64,000 nucleotides of DNA from an uncultured Planctomycetaceae bacterium (GTDB taxonomy: Bacteria > Planctomycetota > Planctomycetia > Pirellulales > PALSA-1355), in assembly GCA_963785305.1 (NCBI GenBank), contig CAWAUV010000007.1:1024001-1088000 (forward strand), written 5' to 3'. The notes under the pieces were generated by a model, which saw nothing but the letters and a program-made list of their open reading frames with translations, was not told where the DNA came from and searched no databases. Position numbers and translations under genes: made by a program. Shown in pieces: positions 35,623 through 47,213 of the stretch. Position 1 is the stretch's first letter, and each line of letters opens with the position of its first letter.

Positions 35623-36516
35623 ATGCTCGCACGAACAAACTATCCCGATCTTTCGTTGCGCCATGAACCGATCACGGATTTCGTCGCCCGCCCCGCGACT
35701 CCCGAAGCCTGGGACGCCTATCGCCTGTCGCCGGAGCAGGTCGAATCCTTTGATCGCCAAGGTTATGTCGCGGGCATTCGGATCCTGAATGACGCGCAGG
35801 TCGATCGCCTTCGCGCGGAGCTGGCCGAGTTGACCGACACGAAGCATCCGGGCGCCGGGCTCTTTTATGAATACAACTCGAACGAGTCGGCCGATCCGGC
35901 TCGGGTGCTCTTTCATGCCTTGGGCGCATGGCGCATCGCGCCGGGATTTCACGACCTACTCTGGAGCCCTGAGTTTCTCGTGCCGGCGAGCCAACTGCTC
36001 GGCGGCGCGGTGCGGTTTTGGCATGACCAGCTTTTTTGCAAGCCATCGCATCATGGCGGCGTCGTGGCGTGGCATCAGGACTATTCCTATTGGACGCGCA
36101 CCACGCCCCTGGCGCATCTCACCTGCTGGATCGGTCTCGACGACGCCACGAGCGACAACGGCTGCTTGCAATATGTGCCCGGCAGCCATCGTTGGAACTT
36201 GTTGCCCGTGACCGGACTGGCCGGCGACATGAACGCGATTCAATCGGTGCTTTCGCCCGAGCAACGCGAAGCGTTCAAGCCGGTGGCGATCGAGCTCCGC
36301 CGGGGCGAGGCGGCCTTTCATCATCCGCTCTTGGTGCATGGCTCCTATGAAAACCGCACCGAACGCCAGCGGAGAGCCGTGGTGCTCAACGCGGTGCGCG
36401 ACGGAGTGGTCTCGGCCTCGAACGAGCCCTTGCTCTCGGGCACATCGAGTGTGCCCGAGGGGCAGCCGCTCTCCGGGCAGTTTTTTCCGCTCCTGTACCG
36501 TCCGCATTGCTCGTGA
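35623..36516 (+). CDS. Phytanoyl-CoA dioxygenase (PhyH) family Fe(II)/2OG dioxygenase
   Basis: [41 protein letters not shown]. Confidence 0.92.
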   Translation: MLARTNYPDLSLRHEPITDFVARPATPEAWDAYRLSPEQVESFDRQGYVAGIRILNDAQVDRLRAELAELTDTKHPGAGLFYEYNSNESADPARVLFHALGAWRIAPGFHDLLWSPEFLVPASQLLGGAVRFWHDQLFCKPSHHGGVVAWHQDYSYWTRTTPLAHLTCWIGLDDATSDNGCLQYVPGSHRWNLLPVTGLAGDMNAIQSVLSPEQREAFKPVAIELRRGEAAFHHPLLVHGSYENRTERQRRAVVLNAVRDGVVSASNEPLLSGTSSVPEGQPLSGQFFPLLYRPHCS

Positions 36517-36537
36517 AGGGATCGGCGCGAGCGACTT

Positions 36538-37483
36538 ATGGAAGCCGACTTTCTTCGCTGGCTCGCCGCCCGCACTCCGCCCGACGCGCGCTTGCCGCTG
36601 GGGCTGACCGACGACGCCGCGCTTGTGGCGCTGCCGGCGCAAGAGCCGGGCGGCGCTCGAACTGGCGCGGGGCTCGTGGCCACGGTCGATATGCTGACCG
36701 ATGGGGTGGACTTTCGTCTGGGGGAGGTCGATCCGCGGCGCAGTGGGACGGAAAGCCTTGGCGGTGAATCTGAGCGACTTGGCGGCGATGGCGGCTCGCC
36801 CGCTGGCGGCGCTGGTGGCGATTGCCCTGCCGCGAGCCGGAAGCGCCGCGCTGGCCCGAGAGCTCTACGAAGGACTGCTTCCGCTGGCCCGAGAGTTCGA
36901 CACGCCGCTGGCCGGCGGCGACACGAACACCTGGGATGGCCCACTGGCCGTGAGTGTCACGCTGCTGGGCCTTGCCGGTTCCCGCGGGCCGCTCACGCGA
37001 GGCGGCGCTCGGCCGGGCGATGTGATCGTGGTCACCGGCCGATTCGGCGGCAGCTTGGCGGGGCATCATTTCGATTTCACGCCGCGCATGCGCGAGGCGC
37101 TGATACTTGGCCGAGCACTACGCGCTCCATGCCGGGATCGATGTGAGCGATGGCCTTTCGCTCGATTTGGCTCGACTCGTGGCGGCGAGCGGCTGTGGAG
37201 CGTGGATCGATCTCGATCGCGTGCCGATCGCCCGCGGCGCAATCGAACTGGCCGGCAAACATCCGGAGCAGGGCTCGCCGCTCGAGCGAGGCGCTCGGCG
37301 ATGGCGAGGATTTCGAACTGATCCTCGCCGTGCCACCCGAGGACGTCGAGCGCATGCTTCAAGATCGGGCCGTGGGCCGCGCCGCTGTGCGTGATCGGGC
37401 ACTGCGTCGCCGAGCCGGGGCTCTGGCACACCCAGGCCGATGGCAGCCGAGCGCCGCTGGCGCCCCGTGGTTATTTGCATTAA
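36538..37483 (+). CDS. thiL: Thiamine-monophosphate kinase (several apparent frameshifts)
   Basis: DDAALV, DMLTDGVDF, GRKALAVNLSDLAAM, AGGDTN, IDVSDGLSLDL, ALGDGEDFELIL, ending GYLH-TAA, spread over frames. Confidence 0.9.
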
Positions 37484-37508
37484 CACGCGAGAATCGCAAC
37501 GCGCAAAC

Positions 37509-38024
37509 ATGAGAGCTTCGATGAACAACTCGGACACGGCTTGCTGGATGTTTGAATCACTAAGCGAGGCCGACACCGCGCGGCTGGGCCGCGCACTGGC
37601 GGCGGTGTTGCCCAAGCAGGCGGTCGTGGCGCTCGATGGCCCGCTCGGCGCGGGCAAGACCCGGCTGGTGCAGGCCATCGCCGAGGCGGCGGGCATTGAT
37701 CGGTCGGAAGTCGTGAGCCCGACGTTCGTGCTCATTCAAGAGCATCATGGCGCCCAATCGATTTACCACATGGACGCGTATCGCTTGGCCGGCGCCGAGG
37801 AATTTCGCCAAATGGGCGGCGAGGAGTACTTTCAAGGCGGCTCGCCGGCGTGGACCTTCGTCGAATGGGCCGAGCGAATCGGCGAAGCACTACCACCCGA
37901 CACGATCTTTATCGCGATCGAACCGCGAACAGGCGACGCGAGAAGCATCACGATCACGGCGCCGAGCGACGAAGTTCCCGAGTTTCTCGCCGCGCTGCGC
38001 CGAGAGCTTGAGGCGGGACACTGA
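37509..38024 (+). CDS. tsaE: t6A biosynthesis ATPase TsaE (YjeE)
   Basis: LDGPLGAGKT, VVSPTFVL, YHMDAYRL, VEWAERI. Confidence 0.94.
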   Translation: MRASMNNSDTACWMFESLSEADTARLGRALAAVLPKQAVVALDGPLGAGKTRLVQAIAEAAGIDRSEVVSPTFVLIQEHHGAQSIYHMDAYRLAGAEEFRQMGGEEYFQGGSPAWTFVEWAERIGEALPPDTIFIAIEPRTGDARSITITAPSDEVPEFLAALRRELEAGH

Positions 38025-38048
38025 TACGACCCATTCAGCGCCGCGGGG

Positions 38049-39338
38049 TCACTCCCTCTTCGACGTCGGCAGTGAGCGTTCGGTGGGGCCGGTGTAGATT
38101 TGGCGGGGGCGGCAGATTTTCGTCGAGGGGCCGCCAGCGTGCATTTCCATCCAATGCGCGATCCAGCCCGGCAGCCGGCCGATGGCGAACATCGGCGTGA
38201 ACATCTGCACCGGAATGCCGATCGCGCGATAGATCACGCCGGAATAGAAATCGACATTCGGATACAGCTTGCGCTCGATGAAATACGGATCGCTCAGCGC
38301 CACTTCGGCCAGTTCTTGCGCGATCTCGAAGATCGGATCGTTGATGTGCCGCTTGGCCAGGAGCTTATCGCAAGTGCGCTTGATGATCGTGGCTCGCGGA
38401 TCGAAGTTCTTGTACACGCGATGCCCGAAGCCCATCAGGCGGAAACCGCTGTTCTTGTTCTTGGCCATGTCGACGTATTTCTTCACATTGCCGCCATCGG
38501 CCCGAATCTGTTCGAGCATTTCGACGCACGCCTGATTGGCGCCGCCGTGCAAGGGGCCCCACAAGGCGCTGATGCCGGCCGAGATCGAGGCGAACAGATT
38601 CGCGTCGCTCGAGCCGACCATGCGCACCGTCGAGGTGCTGCAATTCTGCTCGTGGTCGGCATGCACGATAAAAAGCAAGTTGAGCGCCGCCGCGAAATCG
38701 GGATCGACCTCGTACTTCTCCGAGGGCACGGCGAACATCATGTGCAAGAAGTTCTCGCAATAGGCCAGATCATTGCGCGGATACATGAACGGCTGGCCGT
38801 TCGACTTCTTATACGTATACGCGGCGATCGTCGGCAGCTTGGCCAAGAGCCGATGCACCGACATCTCGACCTGATGCTCGTCGTGCGGATTGAGCGAGTC
38901 TTGATAAAAGGTCGACAGCGCGCCCACGACCGAACTGCAAATGGCCATCGGATGCGCGTTGCGCGGAAAGCCGCTGTAGAAGGCCCGCATCTCCTCGTGA
39001 ATCAGTGTGTGACGGCGGAGCGCGGCGTTGAATTTTTCGAGCTGCTGGGCGTCGGGCAGTTCGCCATAGATCAAAAGATAGCTCACCTCGACGAAGGTCA
39101 GCTTTTCGGCGAGTTGTTCGATCGGGTAGCCACGATAGCGGAGAATGCCTTTTTCGCCGTCGAGATAGGTGATGCTGCTCTTGGTCGAGCCGGTGTTGAC
39201 AAAGCCTTCGTCGAGCGTGATATATCCGGTTTGGGCCCGCAATTTCGAGATATCCAGGCCCGGCTCGTTTTCGGTTCCGATAACGACCGGCAGCTCGATT
39301 TCCTTTTCACCCAGGCGTAACTTGGCCACACCGCTCAT
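38049..39338 (-). CDS. gltA: Citrate synthase
   Basis: ITYLDGEKGILRYRGYPI, HADHEQNCST, GPLHGGAN, LMGFGHRVYK, YPNVDFYSG. Confidence 0.98.
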   Translation of the reverse strand: MSGVAKLRLGEKEIELPVVIGTENEPGLDISKLRAQTGYITLDEGFVNTGSTKSSITYLDGEKGILRYRGYPIEQLAEKLTFVEVSYLLIYGELPDAQQLEKFNAALRRHTLIHEEMRAFYSGFPRNAHPMAICSSVVGALSTFYQDSLNPHDEHQVEMSVHRLLAKLPTIAAYTYKKSNGQPFMYPRNDLAYCENFLHMMFAVPSEKYEVDPDFAAALNLLFIVHADHEQNCSTSTVRMVGSSDANLFASISAGISALWGPLHGGANQACVEMLEQIRADGGNVKKYVDMAKNKNSGFRLMGFGHRVYKNFDPRATIIKRTCDKLLAKRHINDPIFEIAQELAEVALSDPYFIERKLYPNVDFYSGVIYRAIGIPVQMFTPMFAIGRLPGWIAHWMEMHAGGPSTKICRPRQIYTGPTERSLPTSKRE

Positions 39339-39670
39339 CGAACATTCCCCTTCCTAAGCATGAAGCAACTCTCGCGGCCCGTTGAATCGCTCAACAGGCC
39401 GCCCGGGCGCGCCGACCGCCTGTCTCGCGCGCTGAAACACTTTCTGGCTCGCTGAAATAAATGCTGGTCGCTCTTGGCGACGTCCGGCGCGCCAGTCTAG
39501 CGGTTGGCTCGCGCTTCGGCAATCGGCGCGGCCGGGGGGCGCGCAGCGCAAAGTCGGCGAAAAAGAGCCGCGGCGTCAAGGAGAAAACCGGGAACTCTTA
39601 CGTTCGCGTTAGGAAGGAGCGGGAATCGCGCGCCGCTCCCGCGCGAGAGGGCAATGCCTCGCGAGGGCCT

Positions 39671-41233
39671 CTACTGCATGGCGCCGGTCTGGCGAGCCAC
39701 CAAGGGGGCGACCGGCGGATCGTCGAACACGGTGCGAACCGGAGTTCGGTCGCGGAGCTTCTTCACATAGCGCTCCATTTCACCTTCCGCCCGACTGTCC
39801 TTGATTTTTTTCTTGATCTCGATTTGGGCCTCGGTGAATGGAGTGCGAACGACGCCGTAGCGCTCCACGACGCGAATGATCGAGAGCCCGTGATCGTCTT
39901 CGATGATGCGGCTCAGCGTGCCGACGGGCAAATTGAAGATCGCGGCGTCGAGATCGGCCGACGCCACGCTACCCTTGCGAGTCCAATCGTGGAGCCCGTT
40001 CTCGCAAGACTTGTCATCGGAATGCTGCTTGGCCATTTCGGCCATCGAGGCGCCCTTGAGCAACTCATTGCCCCAGCCGGCCAGCAACTGCCAAGCTTCC
40101 TCGCGCGAGGCATGGCGGTCGAACCGCACTCGAAGCTGCTCCCAGCGCGCTCGCGGCGGAGTTTCGTAGTCGGGCAAGTGCGCATGGTAGTAGTCGAGCA
40201 TTTGCTGGTGCGTGATTTCGAACTCTTGCTTGACCTGCTGATGAATGAACTGGCTGGCCACGGCCCGTTCGAAATAGGCTTGCCGCTGTTTTTCGAGCGA
40301 CGAGCCGCCGAGCCGCAGTTTTTGATCGAGCTCGCCGCGCGTCTTGAGCTTCGAGTCGGCGATCATCGCGGGCACGAGCTCTTTTTCGAAGTTCTCGTCG
40401 ACCTGCGCCTGAATCTTGGGCATGTTGTCCTTGGGCAACTTGCGCTTCGCGTCGGCGAAGATCAGCTTGGTCTCGATCACCGGCCGGAGATAATCTTTCA
40501 GCAGCTTGCGCCGCGTGGCGTCGAGTTGCTCGGGCGGAATTTGGGCGATGTTCTTCTCGATGATCTCGTTGACTTGCGGCAAGATATCGCCGGAAAGAAT
40601 CGGGTCGTTTCCCACCCAGGCGATAATCTCGGTGCCGGAAAGTTCTTCATGGGCCGGCGCCAGCTCGGCGTCGTAAGCGTCGCGGGGAGCGACAATCGCG
40701 GGGGCGCCGCTCGCCGGGCCGCCACCGCCGGCGGTGGGAGCCATCGGACCCATGCCCGGGCCCGACATGGCGCCCGGACCCAAGGGCCCGCCCGTTCGCG
40801 GGGCCCCGAAATTCATGGGGCCATTATTCCCGCCTTGGGCCGACATGTTCGACGCGCCATACGAAGCAAAGGGCGAACTGGCGCCAGACATCCGAGGGCT
40901 TGCTTGATCCGCGTCGGCCGATTGCTGGGGGCTTCCGCCTACCCAGGAGCTCGGACGGGTCGCTTGCGTGGGCATGGCGGGCGGCCCGGGCATATAGGTC
41001 CCGCCCGGAATCGGATTGGCGCCCATGCCCGGCTGATAGGGCCCGCCCATGCCTTGCTGATACGGATTGCCGGGGCCGAGCGCGCTGCCACTTCCATAGG
41101 GACCGTACTGCGGATCGGCGGGATTGATCGGTCCCTGGGCCATGGTGGCGCCGGCGCTCAAGAGGGCGAGCGCCGCGGCGATTTCGCCGGCGGCGCCGCA
41201 CATGATCGGAGATTTCCTTCGGCGACGATTCAC
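39671..41233 (-). CDS. SurA/PrsA-like parvulin peptidyl-prolyl isomerase with Gly/Pro/Met-rich N-terminal region
   Basis: IAWVGNDPILSGD, AEMAKQHSDD, DAAIFNLPVGTLSRIIED..GLSIIRV; downstream of mfd. Confidence 0.8.
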   Translation of the reverse strand: MNRRRRKSPIMCGAAGEIAAALALLSAGATMAQGPINPADPQYGPYGSGSALGPGNPYQQGMGGPYQPGMGANPIPGGTYMPGPPAMPTQATRPSSWVGGSPQQSADADQASPRMSGASSPFASYGASNMSAQGGNNGPMNFGAPRTGGPLGPGAMSGPGMGPMAPTAGGGGPASGAPAIVAPRDAYDAELAPAHEELSGTEIIAWVGNDPILSGDILPQVNEIIEKNIAQIPPEQLDATRRKLLKDYLRPVIETKLIFADAKRKLPKDNMPKIQAQVDENFEKELVPAMIADSKLKTRGELDQKLRLGGSSLEKQRQAYFERAVASQFIHQQVKQEFEITHQQMLDYYHAHLPDYETPPRARWEQLRVRFDRHASREEAWQLLAGWGNELLKGASMAEMAKQHSDDKSCENGLHDWTRKGSVASADLDAAIFNLPVGTLSRIIEDDHGLSIIRVVERYGVVRTPFTEAQIEIKKKIKDSRAEGEMERYVKKLRDRTPVRTVFDDPPVAPLVARQTGAMQ

Positions 41234-41377
41234 ACGCGCGATCCCAGGTTTTTAAGCCACGAGCATCCCTCGAAACATTGATCCGACGAATCCCACGCCC
41301 CCGGCCACGCGGACGTGGCGACGCCGAAAGCGAATTTCGCGGGCCGAACCCAAGGGGTGGCGAAGTATACGAATGGC

Positions 41378-44300
41378 CTACTCGGGTCGCAACATCGATT
41401 TGATTTCGCGAACTACTTCCGCCGGATCGACTTGCCCTTTGCCGATCGGCAAATAGGCGCTCCGCTCGTCGACGATCCGCAGCCGCCGCCGGCTCCGAGC
41501 CGCCAGCCGCTCGACCCGCGCGATTGCGATAGCCGAACACAATGTATCCGTCTTCCAAATGAATGTCGGCTATCTGCCAGCTATGCGCCCAGATGCGAAG
41601 CTCCGCTAGCGTCAATAATCGATCCACCTCCGGGGGGCGCGGGCCGAAACGATCGACAAATTCGTTAGCCATTTCCTCCAAATCGGCGGCGTTGGCCAGC
41701 CGCGCCAGCCGGCGATAGAGATCGATCTTCGTTCGGGCCTCGGGCAAGTAGCCGCGCGGAATGAACGCTTCGACCGGCAAATCGAGCGCCACCTCGACCA
41801 CTTGCTTGACCGGCATCTTTTTCAGGGCCCGCACCGCTTTTTCGAGCAGCTCGCAGTAAAGCTCGTAGCCGACGCTGGCAATGTGTCCGCTCTGCTGGGT
41901 GCCGAGGATATTGCCGGCGCCGCGCAGCTCCAGATCGCGCATCGCGATCGCGAAGCCGGCGCCCATGTCGCTGAATTCCTCGATCGCCCGCAGCCGCTTG
42001 GCCGCGATCGGCGCCAAATGCCGCTTGGGATCGACCAGCAAATAGCAATAGGCCCGATGCTTGTATCGCCCCACGCGGCCGCGCAGCTGATGCAAGTCGG
42101 CGAGGCCGTAGCGGTCGGCGTCGTCGATGAAGATCGTGTTGGCGTTTGGAATATCGAGCCCGCTCTCGATGATCGTGGTCGCCACCAGAATGTCGGCCCG
42201 ATGCGCCACGAAATCGAGCATCACTTCCTCGAGCTCGCCCTCGGGCATCTGACCATGCCCGATGATGATCCGGGCCTCGGGCACGATTTGATTCAGCTTT
42301 TGGGCCACGGCTTCGATGTCGTACACGCGATTATGCACGAAGAACACCTGTCCGCCGCGATTCAGTTCCCTGAGGATCGCGTGGCGAATCAAGTCGTCGT
42401 CGAATCGCGTGACGCGAGTCTCGACCGCCAAGCGATCGGCCGGCGGGGTCTCGAGATTCGAGATATCGCGCACCCCGAGCAGCGACAAATGCAACGTGCG
42501 CGGGATCGGGGTGGCGGTCATGGTGAGCACGTCGATGATGCGCCGCAGCGCCTTGAGCCGCTCTTTCACCTCGACGCCAAACCGCTGCTCCTCGTCGATG
42601 ATCAAAAGGCCCAGGTTTTGAAAAGTGACATCGGCCTGCGCCAGCCGATGGGTGCCGATCACGATATCGATGGCGCCGGTGGCCAACCCCTCGAGCGTGG
42701 CCCGCTGCTCCTTGGGAGTCGAAAATCGCGAAAGCGCTCGGATCGTGAAGGGGAAAGCCGCCATCCGCTCGGTGAATGTGCGGCAATGCTGCTCGACCAG
42801 GATCGTGGTCGGCGCGAGCAGGGCTACTTGATAGCCGGCGTCGACCGCCTTGAAGGCGGCCCGCATCGCCATTTCCGTCTTGCCGAATCCCACATCGCCA
42901 CATAGGAGCCGATCCATCGGCCGCTGGCCTTGCATGTCGCGCTTGATCGCCACGATGGCCGTCGCCTGGTCGGGCGTGTCTTGATAGGGAAACGACGCGT
43001 CGAACTCCTGCTGCCACATCGTGTCGCCGCCGAAGCTGATGCCCGGCTTGGCCGCGCGGGCCGCTTGCATCTCGAGCATGTCGGCCGCGAGGTCCGTGAC
43101 CGCGCGCTCGGCGGCTTCTTTCTGCCGGGTCCAGGTTTTGCCGCCGATGCGGGCGAGCGTGGGCCGCGACTTCGAGCCGCCCACGTATTTCTGCACCAGC
43201 TCGATTTTCGAGACCGGCACATAAATCTTGGTTTCGCCGTGAAATTCGAGAATCAAATGTTCTTCGGCCTGCTGCTCCTTGGTCAAAAGCCGCATGCCGC
43301 GATATCGCGCGATGCCGTGCGACAGATGCACGACATAGTCGCCCTCGCGCAGGTCGAGAAAGCTGTCGATCGTGCGGCCGAGCCGCCGCTTCGAGGGTCG
43401 GTGCAAGTCGGCCCGATGAAACAGCTCCCCGCCGCTGACCAGGGTGACGCCCTCGCTCACCAGGCGAAAACCGGCCTTGAGGCGCCCGAGCGGAAAGCTC
43501 AACCGTCCGGCGGCGGCCAGCGCCGTGGCGGCGAAAATCTCGCGCAGCCGCTCGGCCTCGGCGCCGGTCTGGCAAACGACGAACATCCGCTGCTCGCGAC
43601 CATCGACCGTCGGCACGCCGAGCGAAGCGTCGAACTCTTGCCGCACTTTTTCCAGATCGCCCGAAAAACGCTCGACCGATTCGATCTTCAAATGGCCGGT
43701 CGTGTCGAGCGAACTGGCCGCCATGCCCGCCACGACCAACGACGGATGGCGATACATCTCTTGAAGCGTGACCTTCATGCCGTGAAAGTCGCCGGGCCGG
43801 TCGAGACGCTCCAGATAATGCCGCCCCTCGTCTTCGATCTCCGCCGGCTCGATCAGCAGAAACCAAACGCCAGGGTCGAGGTAACTCGTGAAATGCTCGC
43901 GATCGTCGGCACTGGGGGCCAGGGCCGTGATCTCGATCTCCTCGAGCGTTTGCAAGCTCCGCTGGCTTTCGACATCGAACCGCCGGATCGATTCGATCTC
44001 GTCGCCAAAGAACTCGATCCGCGCCGGCGAGTCCCAGTCGGGCGCGAAGAGGTCGATGATTCCGCCGCGGGCCGACACTTCGCCGGGCAGTTCCACGGCG
44101 GTCGTGTGATGAAACCCGCGCTCGACGAGCCAGCGGACGAGCTCCTCGGTCGCCGCGGTTTCGCCTCGCCGCAAATATCGGGTGGCGGCTTTTAGCGTTT
44201 CTCGGCGAGGCGTGGGCTGGAGCAGACTTTGAATGCACGTGACCAGCAGCCGCGGCCCGCGATCCGCGACAAGCGCTTTGAGCACCCGGAGCCGCTCGCC

Positions 44301-44717
44301 ATGGATTTCGTCGTTGACCTTGCGTTCGCCGGCGCCGCTTTCCCAGGCGGGAAAGGCCTCGGCCGGCCGCTGGGTAAAGAGGGCCAAGTCGCCCGACACT
44401 TCGTCGATATCGTCGCCATGGGGGCAGACGATCACGAGCATTCGGGGCGCCCGCTCCGCGAGGGCGGCGGCCACCAGCGCGCAGCTCGACCCCCACACCC
44501 CGTCGAGATTGGCGCCGTGGCCCGCCTCGAGGCTCGCCACGGCCGCGGCGAAACTCTGCTGGGCCGAAAGCCGAGCCGGCAAGGCACGGAGCCGCGCTTC
44601 AGCTTCGCCAGTGTCCTGGCCGCCGGGCGCGTTTGGCTCGCGGTTTGGGCCGGCGCGGCCTACTTGATCGGGGGGTGTTTTACGGACGTCGGAATCGCTC
44701 TGCGTGGCGAGATTCAT
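41378..44717 (-). CDS. mfd: Transcription-repair coupling factor (frameshift ~41519)
   Basis: RGGIIDLF, GDYVVHLSHGIARY, MDRLLCGDVGFGKTE, IDEEQRFGV, TATPIPRTL, QLRGRVGR, DLELRGAGNILG; likely true end ...IKSMLRPE-TAG 41378. Confidence 0.96.
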
Positions 44718-45055
44718 GCCGTGAGGATTGTAGGGCCCCGCGGGCGCCCAGGGGAATCAGCGCCTCGCGGGCGCCCCGCCGCGCCGCCGCGCCACGGCTC
44801 GCAAATCCGGTCGGCCCGCTCAACGCACAAACTCGCGACTTGCGAGCGAGGCTGCCCCAATATCGGAATACGTGGAAAAACACGTCGTCAAATATCGCTC
44901 GGCGGTGGCATTGCGACACAAACTTACGGTTTTGCACACCCCGTAACCTAAATTGAAATAGTTTCCTAGTTTTTGTTATCGCTCGTGCGCCCCCCGCCCA
45001 GGGCATTGTCCGGCGAGACGAAAAATTCCAGAACACAAACATCAACTCGCGAACC

Positions 45056-46693
45056 ATGATTCACGCAACGGCGCTCAATTGGCAGACGATGGCCACCCAG
45101 CCCGCGCTCGGATTGTCGGCGCCGCCGATTCCCGCCGCCGTGGTGGCGGTGCAAGACGAATTGCGCCGCTGGCTGCCGGGCAGCTTTGTCGTGGTCGATG
45201 CGGACACAGGCGCCGTGCTGGGCGACTGCCCACGGCTGGTCACGCTCGACGCCTGGGAATGGTGGCGCGATCTGGCTCGCGCCGCCACCCTCCGCGGCAA
45301 GCCGGAACTGCTCGACGAGATTGGGCCGGTCGGTATTTTTGCCGCCCCGCTTCCGCGGGCCGCTTCGACGCCTTGGGTGGCGGTGGGCATCGCGCCGATT
45401 CGCGCTGCCCGGGCCGATGAATCGCTCGCTCCGGTGGCCCAGCTTTTAGGCGCGAGCGACGAAGCCGCCGCCCGCTGGCTCGCGGAACATGAGTCGATGT
45501 CCCCCGCCGCATTCGCCCGGTTGGCCGTGTTGGTCGCCGCCAAGATCGAATCGGACCTGGCCTGCCAAAACCTGCAAAACGAAGCCGACGCGCTCGCGGT
45601 GCAGCTCACCGCGCAGCACGAGGAAATCGGCCTGCTCTATCGCCTGACCCAAAACCTCAAGCTCACGCGACGCAAGGATGAATTGTGTCGCCTAGCGCTC
45701 GACTGGCTGGCCGATGTGCTGCCGGCTCGGGCAATCGCGATTCAACTCGCGCCGACCGGCGAGATGGGGCCGGTCCACAAACCCGGCCATGATTCGTCGC
45801 TCTGGCTCACCCGCGGCGACGCCCCGCTGTCGAGCGAGGAATTCTCGAAACTGATCGAGCATTTGGGCCTGGATCGCGAGACGCATTCCACCGCGATGCA
45901 TGCGCCGATCGGCGCCGACACGGCTTGGCCCCAGGCCAATGTGCGGCAAATGCTGGTCGCGCCCCTGGGCGAGGGACCGCATTTGTTTGGCTACTTGGCC
46001 GCGTTCAATCATGTCGACGACGCGGAGTTCGGGGCGGTCGAAAGCAATCTCATGAGCTCCGTGGCCGCCATTCTCGGCATCCACGGCGGCAATATCGAGC
46101 TCTATCGCCAGCAACGCGAATTCCTGGCCGGCGTGGTGCGCGCCCTGACCTCGGCCATCGACGCCAAGGACTCCTATACCTGCGGCCATAGCGAACGCGT
46201 GGCCGATGTGGCGGTGCAGATCGGCCGCGAATTGGCCTTCGACAAAGAACAGCTCAGCACCCTCTACCTCTCCGGGTTGCTCCACGATATCGGCAAGATC
46301 GGCATCGACAATCAGGTGCTCAACAAGCCGGGCCCGCTCACGCCCGAGGAATTCGAGCACATCAAGACCCATTCCGAAATCGGCTACCGGATATTGAAAG
46401 ACCTCAAGCAGCTCGATCAAGTGCTGCCGGTCGTATTGCATCACCACGAGCAGTGGGACGGCCGAGGCTACCCGCGCCAGCTCGCGGGGGAAGATATCCC
46501 GCTTTTGGCGCGCATCGTGGCGGTGGCCGACGCGTTCGACGCGATGGGCAGCGACCGGCCTTATCGGCCGGGCATGAACTGGGAAAAAATTCGCGGCATT
46601 TTCGCCGCCGGCGCGGGCAAGCAGTGGGACGCCCAGATCGTCGAGGCCTTCATGCGCACCCGAGTAAAGCTTGCCGGCCGACCGACGCCCTGA
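45056..46693 (+). CDS. HD-GYP domain c-di-GMP phosphodiesterase with N-terminal sensory (GAF-like) region
   Basis: DAKDSYTCGHSERV, LLHDIGKIG, HHHEQWDGRGYP, IVAVADAFDAM.SDRPYR. Confidence 0.92.
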   Translation: MIHATALNWQTMATQPALGLSAPPIPAAVVAVQDELRRWLPGSFVVVDADTGAVLGDCPRLVTLDAWEWWRDLARAATLRGKPELLDEIGPVGIFAAPLPRAASTPWVAVGIAPIRAARADESLAPVAQLLGASDEAAARWLAEHESMSPAAFARLAVLVAAKIESDLACQNLQNEADALAVQLTAQHEEIGLLYRLTQNLKLTRRKDELCRLALDWLADVLPARAIAIQLAPTGEMGPVHKPGHDSSLWLTRGDAPLSSEEFSKLIEHLGLDRETHSTAMHAPIGADTAWPQANVRQMLVAPLGEGPHLFGYLAAFNHVDDAEFGAVESNLMSSVAAILGIHGGNIELYRQQREFLAGVVRALTSAIDAKDSYTCGHSERVADVAVQIGRELAFDKEQLSTLYLSGLLHDIGKIGIDNQVLNKPGPLTPEEFEHIKTHSEIGYRILKDLKQLDQVLPVVLHHHEQWDGRGYPRQLAGEDIPLLARIVAVADAFDAMGSDRPYRPGMNWEKIRGIFAAGAGKQWDAQIVEAFMRTRVKLAGRPTP

Positions 46694-46809
46694 GCGACGC
46701 GGCGGTTGAAGCGGTCTCTCCTCGCTTTTTCTTGGTTGAAGCAGGTCAGACTCCGCTTCTTCGGAAACATGCGGCGAGACGCCGCATCTACTTTGCGAGA
46801 GGAACACGC

Positions 46810-46905
46810 ATGCTGATCTATCTGACGACCTGCGACCTGCTGGTGATCGGGGCGTTTTCCACGCTCGTGGCCGCCTATTTCGTGGCGTTTATCGTGGTGC
46901 GCTAA
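46810..46905 (+). CDS. Putative 31-aa small membrane protein
   Basis: GAGAGGAAC RBS before ATG; MLIYLTTCDLLVIGAFSTLVAAYFVAFIVVR is a single TM helix. Confidence 0.5.
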   Translation: MLIYLTTCDLLVIGAFSTLVAAYFVAFIVVR

Positions 46906-47213
46906 ACCGTCGGCGTGCATTCTCGCTCGCGCTATGACGACTGGGGTTCGTGATTGGGGTTATAGGCGCGAATCCGATTGTGCGGGCACTTGGCGGTCGC
47001 CCGCGAAGATTAAACTTTCGCGAAAGCCTTGATTCCCGGGCGAAGTGTGAATAGGGTGGAACTCAGGCATTTTCGCTAACCGCCGCCGGGAACAGACCTC
47101 TTTGAGAGGTGCGCGGCGTTTTATTTCGCTCTCGAGGGTCCTCGCGACCGCTCCGGGAGTAGTTTCACGCATTCTATGCGGTCCGAGCACTTTTTGATCT
47201 CGGCTGATCGCCT

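Noticed and set aside
40824..41377. Mfd C-terminal extension or fusion into the SurA-like gene (1297-aa ORF)
   Set aside because: Artefact of the ~41519 frameshift; the shifted frame gives a normal C-terminus ending at 41378.
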